Below, piece by piece: positions 63,069 to 64,000 of a stretch of DNA of 64,000 bases. The stretch lies in assembly GCA_964016885.1 (NCBI GenBank), contig OZ024741.1, forward strand, positions 410,006,001-410,070,000, read 5' to 3'. A model generated the notes under the pieces. That model was given only the letters and a program-made list of their open reading frames with translations, was not told the DNA's origin and ran no database searches. The first letter of the stretch is position 1. Each line of letters opens with the position of its first letter. Both the position numbers and the translations under genes were made by a program. This DNA is from Eledone cirrhosa. Taxonomy: Eukaryota.

Positions 63069-63096
63069 ATGTAGAAAGGTAACACCTGAGTTGATA

Positions 63097-63527
<431 letters not shown>

Positions 63528-64000
63528 TGCTCTTATTTTGTAATTTGATAAATAGTTCTGATTATCGAGTTATTTTAATTATTTTGATTATTTTAGCTCT
63601 TTCAGTCATCGAGCAAAACTGGTTAAGGCGGACACCATGCACACACGTATACATATGAATATATATATATATATGTGTGTGTGTGTGTATTTCATATATA
63701 TATATTTATATGTATACATGTGTGTGTATTTCAACCCAAGAGTGTACTAACTGCTTTTTCTAGCAATTACGATATTCACTTTTTGTCCACCTAGCTACCC
63801 ATTTGTGACCTCTGTATCATGTATTAATGTCTCCCTCTGCCTCTTGAGATATTTTCACTTGCTACAAAAGAACCTGTCCTTTTTCTTGACTGATGTATCA
63901 TGTGTTAATTCCTCCCTCCGTCTAAAGAGTTTTTCTCACTTGTTACAAACACGTTAGGAAAACCTTTTTTCTGAGGTGTCTCTTGAAAATCTGATTTGCC

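Overview
This is eukaryotic, repeat-dominated DNA. It is probably from a cephalopod or octopus-like mollusc, inferred from the RTE/SINE/MITE repertoire and not verified. The only host gene is a CYP3-clan cytochrome P450 on the minus strand. Four phase-compatible exons (61893-61797, 61649-61524, 58666-58578, 9321-9170) correspond to CYP3A exons 4-7, and the last two are separated by a ~49.3-kb intron. That intron holds a ~30-kb 49-bp satellite apparently built from a piggyBac-like MITE terminus. It also holds six RTE LINE copies (one near full length, with a PHD-like finger inside the RT), an R4/Dong-type LINE in (TAA)n, a CR1-type fragment, SINEs, a DD37D maT transposon and mariner-type MITEs. 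The neighbouring introns carry their own 37-bp and 58+6n-bp arrays and a non-autonomous Helitron. The most unusual signal is a cluster of hammerhead ribozymes, read directly from the sequence. One is a complete type I hammerhead inside a ~395-bp inverted-repeat-bounded element (10773-11167). Two Penelope-type minimal hammerheads sit in a repeated ~215-bp pLTR-like unit, and a degenerate pair sits in a fold-back element near 62.5 kb. All structures were assessed by eye; no searches or folding programs were run.
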